Shown: one piece after another, positions 41,658 to 51,254 of the stretch | Layout: every line of letters starts with the position of its first letter | Numbering within the stretch: the first letter of the stretch is position 1 | Source of the DNA: Actinomycetota bacterium | GTDB taxonomy: Bacteria > Actinomycetota > Actinomycetes > JAKEEW01 | Direction: 5' to 3' | DNA length: 55,317 nucleotides | Assembly: GCA_046725875.1 (NCBI GenBank) | Contig: JBKOZJ010000102.1 | Span: 1 to 55,317, forward strand | The notes under the pieces: generated by a model | What the model saw: the letters and a program-made list of their open reading frames with translations, nothing else | Database searches by the model: none | Told to the model about the DNA's origin: nothing | Program-made: the position numbers and the translations under genes

Positions 41658-42536
41658 CTAAACGCCGACCGGGTGCCAGACGGTTTTGACTTCGAGGAAG
41701 TCGAGGATGCGGTCGATACCGGGCTCGTCCGACCAGGACGGCCGTGCCGGTGGTCGGACAATCCTCTTGAGATTCTCGGCGGAGGCACGTTCGAGCTCTT
41801 CGGCAAGCTCGACCGAGACACCGGCCAGATTGATCGCGTTGACGTCCATGTGCGTGGCGAGCCACGGAGCCACCTCGGCGGTCCGGCCGGTGAGGATGTT
41901 GACCACGCCACCCGGCAGGTCCGACGTGGCGAGCACCTCGGCCAGTGTGATCGCCGGGAGCGGCCGGGCCTCGCTGGCCAGGACGACGGCGGTGTTGCCG
42001 CTCACGACGACCGGAGCAACTACGGACACCAGGCCGAGCAGCGACGACTCCTGTGGCGCGATCACCGCGACCACGCCGGTGGGCTCAGGGACCGAGAAGT
42101 TGAAGAACGGCCCGGCAACCGGGTTGGACGACCCGTGGACTTGTGCGATCTTGTCCGACCAGCCTGCGTACCAGACCCACCGGTCGATCGCGGCATCCAC
42201 CGCCTTCTCGGCCCGAGACCGTGGCCCGCCTTCACCCGCCGCGACCTCCGCCGCGAACTGCTCCCGCCGCCCCTCCAGCATCTCGGCGATCCGGTAGAGA
42301 ATCTGCCCTCGGTTGTAAGCGGTCGCACCAGACCACGCGGGCACGGCCTTGCGCGCGGCGACAACAGCGTCCCGCGCGTCCTTTCGTGAGGCCTCCGCGG
42401 CGTTGGCGAGGAAGCGCTCCTTGCTGTCGGTTACCGCGTAGGACCTGCCTGACTCGCTGCGCGGGAACTTCCCGCCGATGAAGAGCTTGTACGTCTTCCG
42501 CACGGCAACTCGGCTGGTTGCAACCGGCTCAGCCAT
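41658..42536 (-). CDS. Truncated aldehyde dehydrogenase-family protein (NAD-binding domain only)
   Basis: KTYKLFIGGKFPRSESGR, YNRGQILYRIAEMLE, EPTGVV, GVVNILTG, KTVWHP; no catalytic ELGGK or Cys segment. Confidence 0.9.
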   Translation of the reverse strand: MAEPVATSRVAVRKTYKLFIGGKFPRSESGRSYAVTDSKERFLANAAEASRKDARDAVVAARKAVPAWSGATAYNRGQILYRIAEMLEGRREQFAAEVAAGEGGPRSRAEKAVDAAIDRWVWYAGWSDKIAQVHGSSNPVAGPFFNFSVPEPTGVVAVIAPQESSLLGLVSVVAPVVVSGNTAVVLASEARPLPAITLAEVLATSDLPGGVVNILTGRTAEVAPWLATHMDVNAINLAGVSVELAEELERASAENLKRIVRPPARPSWSDEPGIDRILDFLEVKTVWHPVGV

Positions 42537-42709
42537 CTCGGTCACCACCCTGGGAGAGCCCTGATTTACTCGCCCTGCTGCGCGTCGACCGGACGCCGAC
42601 CGGCCGCGTTCTCGCTCGCCCACGTAGCGCCGCTACCAGGGCTCGCTGCGGCCTTGCCGGATCGACGCCCGTTTCGCCGCTCGAGGCGGGCGGGTAGACC
42701 ATCACCCTC

Positions 42710-44200
42710 CTAGCGGTCCGTTTGTGCATCGAGGTACGCCTCCAGGCCGTGCCGGCCGCCCTCGCGGCCATAGCCGGACTCCTTGTAGCCACCGAACGGT
42801 GATGACGGATCGAACTTGTTGAACGTATTCGCCCACACGACACCGGCGCGCAGCCGCTGGGCAATCGACAGGATGCGTGAGCCCTTCTCGGTCCAGACGC
42901 CCGCGGAGAGGCCGTACGGCGTGTTGTTCGCCTTCTCGACCGCCTCATCGGGGGTCCGGAACGTGAGGACCGATAGCACCGGGCCGAAGATCTCTTCGCG
43001 GGCAATCCGATGTGCCTGCGAGACACCGGTGAAGACCGTCGGCGCGAACCAGAACCCGCGGTCGGGCAGCTCGCACGGGGGTGACCAGCGCTCCGCGCCC
43101 TCCTCCTCGCCGATCTCGGACAGCCTCCGGATCCGGTCCAGCTGCTCTGCAGAGTTGATGGCGCCGATGTCGGTGTTCTTATCCAGCGGATCGCCGACCC
43201 GGAGGGTGGCGAGCCGGCGCTTGAGCGACGCCAGCACGTCGTCGTAGACGGACTCTTGGACGAGCAGCCGCGATCCGGCACAGCAGACGTGACCCTGGTT
43301 GAAGAAGATGCCGTTGACGATGCCCTCCACTGCCTGGTCGATGGGCGCGTCCTCGAAGAGGATGTTGGCGGCCTTGCCGCCTAGCTCGAGCGTCACCTTC
43401 TTGTGGCTGCCGGCCACGGCCTGGGCGATGAGCCGGCCGACCTCGGTGGAGCCGGTGAAGGCGACCTTGTCGACGGCCGGGTGCTCGACCACGGCCCGAC
43501 CAGTGCCGCCGGCGCCGGTGACAATGTTCACAACCCCCCGTGGGAGATCAGCTTGCTGGCAGATCTCGGCGAAGGTGAGCGCGGTCAACGGCGTGGTCTC
43601 CGCGGGCTTCAGCACGACGGTGTTGCCGCACGCGAGCGCCGGGGCGATCTTCCACGCGAGCATGAGCAGCGGGAAGTTCCACGGGATGACCTGCCCCGCG
43701 ACGCCGAGTGGCCGGGGGTTCGGGCCGAAGCCGGCGTAGGAGAGCTTGTCGGCCCATCCGGCGTAGTAGAAGAAGTGCGCGGCGACCAACGGGATATCGA
43801 CGTCGCGGGATTCGCGGATGGGCTTGCCGTTGTCCAGCGACTCCAGCACCGCGAGCTCGCGTGACCGCTCCTGGATGATGCGGGCGATCCGGAAGAGGTA
43901 CTTCGCCCGGTCGGCGGGCCGCATCGGTCCCCAGGTCGTGGTGTACGCGTTCCTGGCGGCCGCGACCGCTCGGTCGACATCTTGCGGCCCGGCCTCGGTG
44001 ACCTCCGCCAGGACCTCCTCCGTGGCCGGGCTGATCGTTTTAAACGGGTGGCCGTCCACGCTGTCGACGAACTCGCCGCCGATGAACAGGCCGTACGAGG
44101 ACTTGATGTCGACGATCGAGCGCGACTCGGGTGCCGGTGCGTACGCGAATATCCCGTCCAGCCGCGGTTCAGCGGGCGGTGACGCACTGTGTTCAGCCAT
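42710..44200 (-). CDS. Aldehyde dehydrogenase
   Basis: IPWNFPL, LKPAETTP, FTGSTEVG, LELGGK, FFNQGHVCCAGSR, EEIFGPV, PFGGYKESG. Confidence 0.96.
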   Translation of the reverse strand: MAEHSASPPAEPRLDGIFAYAPAPESRSIVDIKSSYGLFIGGEFVDSVDGHPFKTISPATEEVLAEVTEAGPQDVDRAVAAARNAYTTTWGPMRPADRAKYLFRIARIIQERSRELAVLESLDNGKPIRESRDVDIPLVAAHFFYYAGWADKLSYAGFGPNPRPLGVAGQVIPWNFPLLMLAWKIAPALACGNTVVLKPAETTPLTALTFAEICQQADLPRGVVNIVTGAGGTGRAVVEHPAVDKVAFTGSTEVGRLIAQAVAGSHKKVTLELGGKAANILFEDAPIDQAVEGIVNGIFFNQGHVCCAGSRLLVQESVYDDVLASLKRRLATLRVGDPLDKNTDIGAINSAEQLDRIRRLSEIGEEEGAERWSPPCELPDRGFWFAPTVFTGVSQAHRIAREEIFGPVLSVLTFRTPDEAVEKANNTPYGLSAGVWTEKGSRILSIAQRLRAGVVWANTFNKFDPSSPFGGYKESGYGREGGRHGLEAYLDAQTDR

Positions 44201-44202
44201 GA

Positions 44203-45162
44203 TCAGTCCAAGGTGAAGTAGTCCGGGCCTGAGTAGTGGCCGGTAACCATCCGCTGCCGCTGCATCAGGAGGTCGTTGAGCAGGCTCGATGCGCCGATGC
44301 GGAACCAATTCGGGTCGAGCCAGTCGTCTCCGGTGGTCTCGTTTACCAGAACCAGGTAGCGGATGGCGTCCTTGCTGGTCCGGATCCCGCCCGCCGGCTT
44401 CACGCCCACCTGCCGGCTGGTGAGGTCGCGGAAATCGCGGACCGCCTCGAGGATGACGAGGGTCACCGGGAGGGTCGCCGCCGGCTGGATCTTCCCCGTC
44501 GACGTCTTGATGAAGTCAGCCCCGGCCAGCATCGCGAGCCACGAGGCGCGGCGGACGTTGTCATAGGTCGCGAGCTCGCCGGTCTCCAGGATCACCTTGA
44601 GGTGGGCCGGCCTGCAAGCATCCTTGATTGCGACGATCTCGTCGAAAACGCCCAAATACCGACCAGTGAGGAACGCCCCACGGTCGATCACCATGTCCAC
44701 CTCGTCCGCGCCCGCCGCCACCGCGTCCTTGGTGTCCTGCAGTTTCACCGCGAGAGATGCGCGGCCGCTGGGGAAGGCGGTCGCGACCGACGCAAGCCTC
44801 ACGGTCGATCCCGTGAGCGCCTCCTTCGCGACCGGGATCAGGTCGGGGTAGACGCAAACCGCCGCTACCGGGGGGGCGGTCGAGTCGGAGGGGTCGGGTC
44901 GGCGCGCCTTCGCGCAGAGAGCGCGCACCTTGCCCGGCGTGTCCTGGCCCTCCAGGGTGGTCAAGTCGATCATCCGGATCGCAAGGTCGATCGCCCACTG
45001 CTTGGCCGTTGTCTTGATCGACCGAGCGGACAGCCGGGCTGCCCGCTCGTCCGCGCCGATCTGGTCGACACCGGGAAGGCCGTGCAGGAACCGCCGGAGC
45101 GAGGCTTCGGAGGAGGTGATCTCGGCGAGCCGGTCCGACGGCAATGTCGCCGTAGTCGTCAC
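44203..45162 (-). CDS. deoC: Deoxyribose-phosphate aldolase
   Basis: IDLTTLEG, AVCVYP, GADEVDMVI, LKVILETGEL, DFIKTSTGK, GVKPAGGIR, RIGASSLL; TATTCT -10 six nt before GTG. Confidence 0.97.
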   Translation of the reverse strand: MTTTATLPSDRLAEITSSEASLRRFLHGLPGVDQIGADERAARLSARSIKTTAKQWAIDLAIRMIDLTTLEGQDTPGKVRALCAKARRPDPSDSTAPPVAAVCVYPDLIPVAKEALTGSTVRLASVATAFPSGRASLAVKLQDTKDAVAAGADEVDMVIDRGAFLTGRYLGVFDEIVAIKDACRPAHLKVILETGELATYDNVRRASWLAMLAGADFIKTSTGKIQPAATLPVTLVILEAVRDFRDLTSRQVGVKPAGGIRTSKDAIRYLVLVNETTGDDWLDPNWFRIGASSLLNDLLMQRQRMVTGHYSGPDYFTLD

Positions 45163-45224
45163 CCTTCGAGAATAGGTCTTGTCCCTGCCGACCTGGCACC
45201 CGCCGAACATCGGGACTGCGCGCC

Positions 45225-45314
45225 GGTTTGATCCGCCAAGCGGCTGGAACCCGGGCAAGGCGTACGGTGCGCGAGACGCTGCACCCGGGTTCGGGGCGCT
45301 TGCTGGATCGAACT
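45225..45314. repeat. GATC-bounded ~90-bp imperfect palindrome, REP-like
   Basis: GGTTTGATCC..CAAGCG..GAACCCGGG pairs with CCCGGGTTC..CGCTTG..GGATCGAACT. Confidence 0.7.
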
Positions 45315-45363
45315 CGCTCTGATCATCTCGGCGTTCGCCCCGAGATCGCGGCAGAATTGTGTT

Positions 45364-45978
45364 GTGTCGCTGTCCGACGAATTCCCCCGCGTGGTCTACC
45401 GACCGATGACATCGGTCGTGGCCGGCGGCATCGTCCTGATGCTCGCGGCCGTGCTGCTGGTCGACGCGATTCTGCGGGGCTCAGGCGCCGGCGCCTGGGC
45501 GCTTAGCGCCGGACTCGTCTTCGGCGGCTTGATCGTATACATGTCGGCGATCCGCCCGGCCGTCGTTGCGGAGGCGCGCCGCGTGGTGGTGCGTAACCCA
45601 CTGCGGGACATCGCGATCCCGTGGGCGGTCGTCCATGATCTACGGCTGCGCTACCAGCTCGACATTCACACGTCGGACGAGGTCTACCACGCATGGGCTG
45701 TCCCAGTGACGACCAGGCAGCGCAGCGACGCCCTGTTGCGGCAGCGGGACCGCGCTGATATCGGCGCCCGGATGGGGCCGTCGGCTGGGGAATACGCGGT
45801 CAGGAGCACGCGTCAGCCCTTTCCGAGACAGACGCTGGACGAGCTGAGCCTCATGCTTACTCAGCGCCGCCGGGCCAGCTCGAAGAGTGACCAGATCGAG
45901 GTGCGCTGGTCCTGGGCCATCATCGCGGCGCTGGCCGGAAGCGCACTCGTCTTTGCCATCGCTCTGGCACTGCGCTGA
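45364..45978 (+). CDS. Bacterial PH domain-containing membrane protein
   Basis: Two N-terminal TM helices, RPAVVA..VVVRNPLRDIAIPW, WAVP, C-terminal TM; usual neighbour of deoC; CAGAAT -10. Confidence 0.85.
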   Translation: MSLSDEFPRVVYRPMTSVVAGGIVLMLAAVLLVDAILRGSGAGAWALSAGLVFGGLIVYMSAIRPAVVAEARRVVVRNPLRDIAIPWAVVHDLRLRYQLDIHTSDEVYHAWAVPVTTRQRSDALLRQRDRADIGARMGPSAGEYAVRSTRQPFPRQTLDELSLMLTQRRRASSKSDQIEVRWSWAIIAALAGSALVFAIALALR

Positions 45979-46001
45979 CCAGAGCCGGGGAGACCGGGGA
46001 G

Positions 46002-47729
46002 TCACCCAAGGCCCACGGCGGCCGCAAGGTCGGACTCGATGGCCGCCAGCGCCGCGGCGGCCCGCCGGCGGGCCGCCCTGATATCGCCGTCGACGACGGG
46101 CTTCACGACCTCCATGTAGCACTTGAGCTTCGGCTCCGTCCCGCTCGGCCGGACGACCACCCGCCCGCCGCCATCCAGCCGGTAGCGCAGGCCAGCGGTC
46201 GGCGGAAGGTCGCCTGACCCCGCCGCCAAGTCGTCGGTCGAGAGCACCGCGTGCTTCCCGAGGGAGCCGGGCGGCGCCGACCGCAGGTGGGCCAGCACAG
46301 CCTCGATCTGCCCGAGATCGGCCACGCGCACCGCGAGCTGCCGCGTCTCGTGCAGCCCGTACTCCCATGCGATCTCATCGAGGAGGTCGAGCAGCGTGCG
46401 GCCGGACGCCTTGAGCGATGCGACGAGTTCGCAGACGAGCAGCGCGGCCGAGACGCCGTCCTTGTCGCGTACCGCAGCGGGATCGACACAGTAGCCGAGC
46501 GCTTCTTCGTACCCGTACACGAGACTCGGCACCCGGGACAGCCACTTGAAGCCGGTCAGCGTCTCGGCGTAGCCCAGGCCGGCCCCCGCAGCGATCTTGC
46601 CGAGCAGCGAGCTGGAGACGATCGTCGTCGCGAAGGTGCCGGCCAGGCCGGGTCGGGTGCGTACGAGGTGCGTCGCGAGCAGCGCACCCACCTCGTCGCC
46701 GCGGAGCATCCGCCAGCCGCCCGGGCGGTCTACGTCCGGCGGCCTGCTCGGAACACCTACGGCACATCGGTCGGCGTCTGGGTCGTTCGCGATGACCACA
46801 TCCGCGCTGGACTCCTCGGCGAGTGCCAGCGCCCGGTCAATCGCCCCGGGCTCCTCGGGATTCGGGAAGGCGACGGTCGGGAAGTCCGGGTCAGGCTCCG
46901 CCTGCTCGGCGACCACGAGCGGGGCGGCGAAGCGGGCTTGCCGGAAAGCTGCGTCGAGGACGCCCCGGCCGGTCCCGTGCAGCGGCGTGTAGACGACCCG
47001 CAGGCCGGCCAGGACCTCGGCTGGGACCCCGGCTCGAACCACACTGGCCGCGCGATCGATGTACGAGTCGACGATGCCTTCGTCCAGCGTCTCCCATCCG
47101 CTCCGCAACGGGATGGCGGACAGCCCGCCCATCGCGTCGAGTGCCGCGGAGATCTCGGCGTCCACGGGCGGAATGATCTGTGACCCGTCCCCGAGGTACA
47201 CCTTGTAGCCGTTGTCCTGGGGCGGGTTGTGCGATGCGGTCACCATCACACCGGCGTCCGCGCCGAGCCGCCTGATCGAGTACGCGAGAACCGGGGTCGG
47301 CAGCGGCCGCGGCAGGACCATCGCGTGGAGTCCGGCGCCGGTGAGCACTGCGGCCGTGTCCTCTGCGAACGCGGCCGACTTGTGCCGCGCGTCGAAGCCG
47401 ATCGCTACCCGGGGCGGCGGCTGATTCAGGCCAGGTGCCGGCTTCGCACCGCGCCGGTCGTTCAGGTATGCAGCGAGGGATGCGGCGACTCGACGGACGA
47501 CCGCCCGGTTCATCCGGTTGGGCCCGGCGCCGAGGGCGCCGCGCAGCCCGGCGGTACCGAACTCGAGGCTGCCGTTGAACCGGTCGGAGATCCCCCGGAT
47601 ATCACCGATGTCGATCAGCTCTTCCAGCTCGGCTCGGGTGTCCCGGTCGGGATCCTCGGCCAGCCAGGCCCGGGCGGTGTCGATAAGGGCAGCGTCCGCG
47701 ACGCTGCCCGCGGGCTCGCGATCAGGCAC
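46002..47729 (-). CDS. Phospho-sugar mutase (PMM/PGM family; plausibly phosphopentomutase here)
   Basis: [47 protein letters not shown]. Confidence 0.95.
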   Translation of the reverse strand: MPDREPAGSVADAALIDTARAWLAEDPDRDTRAELEELIDIGDIRGISDRFNGSLEFGTAGLRGALGAGPNRMNRAVVRRVAASLAAYLNDRRGAKPAPGLNQPPPRVAIGFDARHKSAAFAEDTAAVLTGAGLHAMVLPRPLPTPVLAYSIRRLGADAGVMVTASHNPPQDNGYKVYLGDGSQIIPPVDAEISAALDAMGGLSAIPLRSGWETLDEGIVDSYIDRAASVVRAGVPAEVLAGLRVVYTPLHGTGRGVLDAAFRQARFAAPLVVAEQAEPDPDFPTVAFPNPEEPGAIDRALALAEESSADVVIANDPDADRCAVGVPSRPPDVDRPGGWRMLRGDEVGALLATHLVRTRPGLAGTFATTIVSSSLLGKIAAGAGLGYAETLTGFKWLSRVPSLVYGYEEALGYCVDPAAVRDKDGVSAALLVCELVASLKASGRTLLDLLDEIAWEYGLHETRQLAVRVADLGQIEAVLAHLRSAPPGSLGKHAVLSTDDLAAGSGDLPPTAGLRYRLDGGGRVVVRPSGTEPKLKCYMEVVKPVVDGDIRAARRRAAAALAAIESDLAAAVGLG

Positions 47730-48528
47730 GCTGGATCACGTCCTTCAGCAGGTGACCCATCCGCTCCGCGGCCGCCTTTCCGGCAGCGAGAACCTCGGCG
47801 TGGTCTAGTGGCTGGCCGGTGACCCCGGCCGCCAGGTTCGTGACCAGGGAGATGCCGAGGATCTCGGCACCCGCCTCGCGGGCGGCGATCGCCTCCAAGA
47901 CCGTGGACATACCTACGAGGTCAGCACCGAGGGTGCGGAGCATCCGGATCTCAGCCGGCGTCTCGTAATGGGGTCCGGGCAGGCCGGCATACACGCCCTC
48001 GGCCAGCGACGGGTCGATGTCGCGGGCCAGGGCGCGCAGCCGGCTGCTGTAGAGGTCGGTCAGGTCCACGAAATGCGCGCCGACGATCGGCGACTGCCCG
48101 GTCAGGTTGAGGTGGTCGCTGATGAGTACCGGCTGACCGATCTCCATGTCGGCTCGGAGGCCGCCAGCGGCATTGGTAAGCAGCACTATCCGGCAGCCGG
48201 CGGCGACCGCGGTTCGGACCCCGTGGACCACCGGCGTGACCCCGCTGCCTTCGTACCAATGTGTGCGACCGAGGAACACCAGGGCACGCTTGCCGCCGAC
48301 CCGCACCGAACGGATCGTCCCCGCGTGGCCGGCCACGCTGGGCGGCGGGAAGCCCGGCAGGTCGACGGACGTCAGCTCGGCCTCGGCCGGTCCGAGGATG
48401 TCCGCGGCGGGAACCCAGCCCGACCCCATGACGACCGCAACGTTGTGGCGGCCGCCCGCGCGCTCCTTCAGGCTGGCCGCCGCCTCCTGTGCACTGGCAT
48501 ACGGGTCAGCCAGCCCATCAGCACCCAT
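47722..48528 (-). CDS. punA: Purine-nucleoside phosphorylase
   Basis: [50 protein letters not shown]48528 lies 7 nt after TAGTGT. Confidence 0.96.
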   Translation of the reverse strand: MGADGLADPYASAQEAAASLKERAGGRHNVAVVMGSGWVPAADILGPAEAELTSVDLPGFPPPSVAGHAGTIRSVRVGGKRALVFLGRTHWYEGSGVTPVVHGVRTAVAAGCRIVLLTNAAGGLRADMEIGQPVLISDHLNLTGQSPIVGAHFVDLTDLYSSRLRALARDIDPSLAEGVYAGLPGPHYETPAEIRMLRTLGADLVGMSTVLEAIAAREAGAEILGISLVTNLAAGVTGQPLDHAEVLAAGKAAAERMGHLLKDVIQRA

Positions 48529-48533
48529 GACCC

Positions 48534-48686
48534 GGACACTAGTGTCCCTCGCTACAAATTCGCCGCATGTCTCCGCGGCTAGGCCGCGGCTCGCTGCGTC
48601 CTCGTCGTCGCCGTTAGCGCTGCGAGCGGCCTCCTCCTCCTCCTCCTCCTCGGCCTTGCGATGCACCTACCTGGCCACGAATCTAG
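48534..48686. repeat. CTAG-bounded dispersed repeat-like element with (CCT)7 tract
   Basis: Perfect palindrome GGACACTAGTGTCC (48534-48547); CGCTGCGTCCTCGTCGTCG..CCTCCTCGGCCTTGCG core; (CCT)7 at 48630-48650; second CTAG at 48683-48686. Confidence 0.4.
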
Positions 48687-48770
48687 ATGATCGATCGCGG
48701 TGGGCTGAGCATTCGAAGGTGGGCTGCGTCAAGTTAGCTACGATCTCCACGCCCGATCACGAACCGTTGA

Positions 48771-49220
48771 CTAGGAGACCGATCGGCAGGGACGGGTGCG
48801 CAGGTCGCGCACGTAATCGTCCGGCGCGCCAGCCTTCTCGGCAGCGTCGGCGATCATCCCGAGATAGCGTGCGGAGGGCAGGCCGCCCTCGTAGGCGTCC
48901 AGCACATAGGCCCAGCCGAGCACGTCGCCGTCGAGGGTGTCCACCCGCACTCGGATCTTGCGGTAGAGCTCCAGGTCGGCGCCTTCCCATTCGTCGAGCG
49001 CCGACTCGTCGTGATCGCTGAGGTCGTACAGCGCGACGAAGACCTGCGAGCCGGCTTCCTCGACGATCGTAGCCAGCGCGCCGTCCCAGCCGCGGTCCTC
49101 ACCCCCGAAGGTGAGCCGCCAGCCGACGAGCCACCCGGTTCCCTGCTGCGGGGAGTGCGGTGCCCGCTGCGCCATCCGCGCCGGATCCAGGTTGCTGGCG
49201 TACGCGGCGTACCACGCCAT
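48771..49220 (-). CDS. Gamma-glutamylcyclotransferase family protein
   Basis: YAAYASNL, GWRLTFGGE..GWDGALAT, LDEWEG, YEGGLPSARY; TAGCCT -10 seven nt before ATG. Confidence 0.92.
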   Translation of the reverse strand: MAWYAAYASNLDPARMAQRAPHSPQQGTGWLVGWRLTFGGEDRGWDGALATIVEEAGSQVFVALYDLSDHDESALDEWEGADLELYRKIRVRVDTLDGDVLGWAYVLDAYEGGLPSARYLGMIADAAEKAGAPDDYVRDLRTRPCRSVS

Positions 49221-49344
49221 GGTCGACAGGCTACGGCCGCCGGACCGGGCGCGGGTGACATCGTTGCATGTAAGCGGGCCAGGTCTCCGCGGGCAGTGGC
49301 GTTGTGCGCGCCGTTGGCGCGAAGCGGTACGGGAGAATGGGCGG

Positions 49345-50832
49345 GTGGCACGTATCGCGATCATCGGCGGCGGTCCGGGTGGATACGAGGCGGCACTGGT
49401 CGCCGCCCGGCTCGGCGCCGACGTGACCCTGGTCGACCGGGATGGCATGGGTGGATCGGCCGTACTCACCGATTCGGTGCCGTCGAAGACGCTGATCGCA
49501 ACAGCAGAGGTGATGACGATGGCGGCCGAGTCTGGGCAGCTCGGCGTGCGGATCGGATCGCATCGATCGGCTCTTGATCAGGGGTATCCAGGACCCGGGA
49601 CGGCCCCGTCAGCAATCGACTTTGCGGGTTCAAGAACGGGGTCGTCCCCCTCGATGGTCGTGGTCGACGTCGAGGTGGATATCCATCGCGTAAACGCTCG
49701 AGTGAAGCGGCTCGCCGCCGCACAGTCGGCCGACATCGCGGCGCGCCTCGAACGCGATGGGGTAGCGGTGTTGCGCGGGTCGGCCAGGCTGATCGGCGAC
49801 CGTCGGGTGGTGGCTGAGCTGGCCGGTGGTGGGACAGAGACCCTGCAGGCGGACGCCGTGCTGATCGCGACCGGCGCCCATCCGCGGATCCTCCCGGACG
49901 CCGAGCCGGACGGCGAGCGGATACTCAGCTGGACGCAGCTCTATGACCTCGCCGAGCTGCCGGAGCACCTTGTGGTCGTGGGGTCCGGTGTCACGGGGGC
50001 CGAGTTCGCAAGCGGCTATCAGGCCCTTGGAGCATCGGTGACCCTGGTCTCCAGTCGTGACCGGGTGCTGCCTGGTGAGGACGCGGACGCCGCCGTAGTC
50101 CTCGAGGACGTCTTCCGGCGGCGCGGCATGCAGGTGCTGGACAGGTCCCGCGCCGCCGCCGTGAAGCGCAGCGGTGAGGGCGTCACCGTTACCCTGACCG
50201 ACGGGCGGACGGTCGAGGGCAGCCATTGCCTCATCGCGGTGGGCTCCGTCCCCAACACCGCTGAGCTGCGGTTGGAGGACGCGGGAGTACGCGTCGGCCA
50301 GGGCGGTTTCATCGAGGTCGATCGGGTGTCGCGGACAACGGCACAGGGCGTCTATGCCGCGGGGGACTGCACGGGTGTCCTGATGCTGGCCTCGGTCGCC
50401 GCGATGCAAGGGCGGATTGCGATGCAGCACGCACTCGGGGCCGCGGTCAAGCCGCTCGACTTGCGTACAGTCGCAGCAAATGTATTTACCGAGCCAGAGA
50501 TCGCAACGGTCGGCTACTCCCAACTAGCAGTCGAGTCGGGGGAGATCGAGGCCGACTCCGTCAAGCTGCCCCTGGCAACCAACCCCCGCGCCAAGATGCA
50601 AGGGATCGTCGACGGTTTCGTGAAGCTGTTCGCGCGGAAAGGCAGCGGGATCGTGGTCGGAGGTGTGGTAGTCGCGCCACGGGCCAGTGAGCTGATCTAC
50701 CCCGTCTCGCTGGCCGTCGATGCGTCGCTGACCGTCGACCAGCTTGCGCACGCGTTCACCGTCTACCCCTCCCTCACGGGCTCCGTGGCGGAAGCGGCCC
50801 GCCTACTCGACCGCCGGGACAGCGGAGCTTGA
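49345..50832 (+). CDS. lpdA: NAD(P)H-quinone dehydrogenase (LpdA-type flavoprotein disulfide reductase family)
   Basis: IIGGGPGGYEAA, VPSKTL without a CxxxxC pair, GSGVTGAEFA, YAAGDCTG, NVFTEPEIA, FTVYPSL; usual position after punA/GGCT. Confidence 0.93.
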   Translation: MARIAIIGGGPGGYEAALVAARLGADVTLVDRDGMGGSAVLTDSVPSKTLIATAEVMTMAAESGQLGVRIGSHRSALDQGYPGPGTAPSAIDFAGSRTGSSPSMVVVDVEVDIHRVNARVKRLAAAQSADIAARLERDGVAVLRGSARLIGDRRVVAELAGGGTETLQADAVLIATGAHPRILPDAEPDGERILSWTQLYDLAELPEHLVVVGSGVTGAEFASGYQALGASVTLVSSRDRVLPGEDADAAVVLEDVFRRRGMQVLDRSRAAAVKRSGEGVTVTLTDGRTVEGSHCLIAVGSVPNTAELRLEDAGVRVGQGGFIEVDRVSRTTAQGVYAAGDCTGVLMLASVAAMQGRIAMQHALGAAVKPLDLRTVAANVFTEPEIATVGYSQLAVESGEIEADSVKLPLATNPRAKMQGIVDGFVKLFARKGSGIVVGGVVVAPRASELIYPVSLAVDASLTVDQLAHAFTVYPSLTGSVAEAARLLDRRDSGA

Positions 50833-50903
50833 GAGCGCCTGCGCCCGCGAACACCGCTCCGCTGATACTTTCGCGGGGCTAGTGGATCTGGCACTGTAAA
50901 CGC

Positions 50904-51254
50904 GTGTCCGACGCGGCCTACGTTGATCGCAACTTCCAGGTCCATGTCTTGACCGAGCCGTGCGGGCTACGGCTTGTCGGTCAGGTGGATCTCTCGCACC
51001 GGGCGGTCCTGGAGCGTGAGCTCAACCGGGCGGTCAACGGCGGCGGAGCTGATCTCTATCTCGACATCTCGAGTCTGGACTTCATCGACGTCGGCGGAAT
51101 GCGGCTGATTCTCGACACTGCTGGCGTGCTGGCGCTGGACAGCCGCAAGTTAGTTCTTGGCCATCCCCAACACGGCGTGCTCCGTGTGCTACGGATCTGT
51201 AACTGGGAGTCGGCGCAGAATATCGAGATCCTCGACGGCAGAGGTACGGACTGA
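50904..51254 (+). CDS. STAS domain protein (anti-sigma factor antagonist-like)
   Basis: LRLVGQVDL, LYLDISSLDFIDVGGMRLI, VLRVLRI. Confidence 0.85.
   Translation: MSDAAYVDRNFQVHVLTEPCGLRLVGQVDLSHRAVLERELNRAVNGGGADLYLDISSLDFIDVGGMRLILDTAGVLALDSRKLVLGHPQHGVLRVLRICNWESAQNIEILDGRGTD

Noticed and set aside
48529..48666. Poly-Glu N-terminal extension of PunA
   Set aside because: It arises from the (CCT)7 tract; the leaderless ATG48528 gives a typical 268-aa enzyme.
49462..49490. LpdA with no redox cysteine (TDSVPSK)
   Set aside because: LpdA-type enzymes already lack the disulfide and the remaining Cys varies, so this is not evidence of inactivation.
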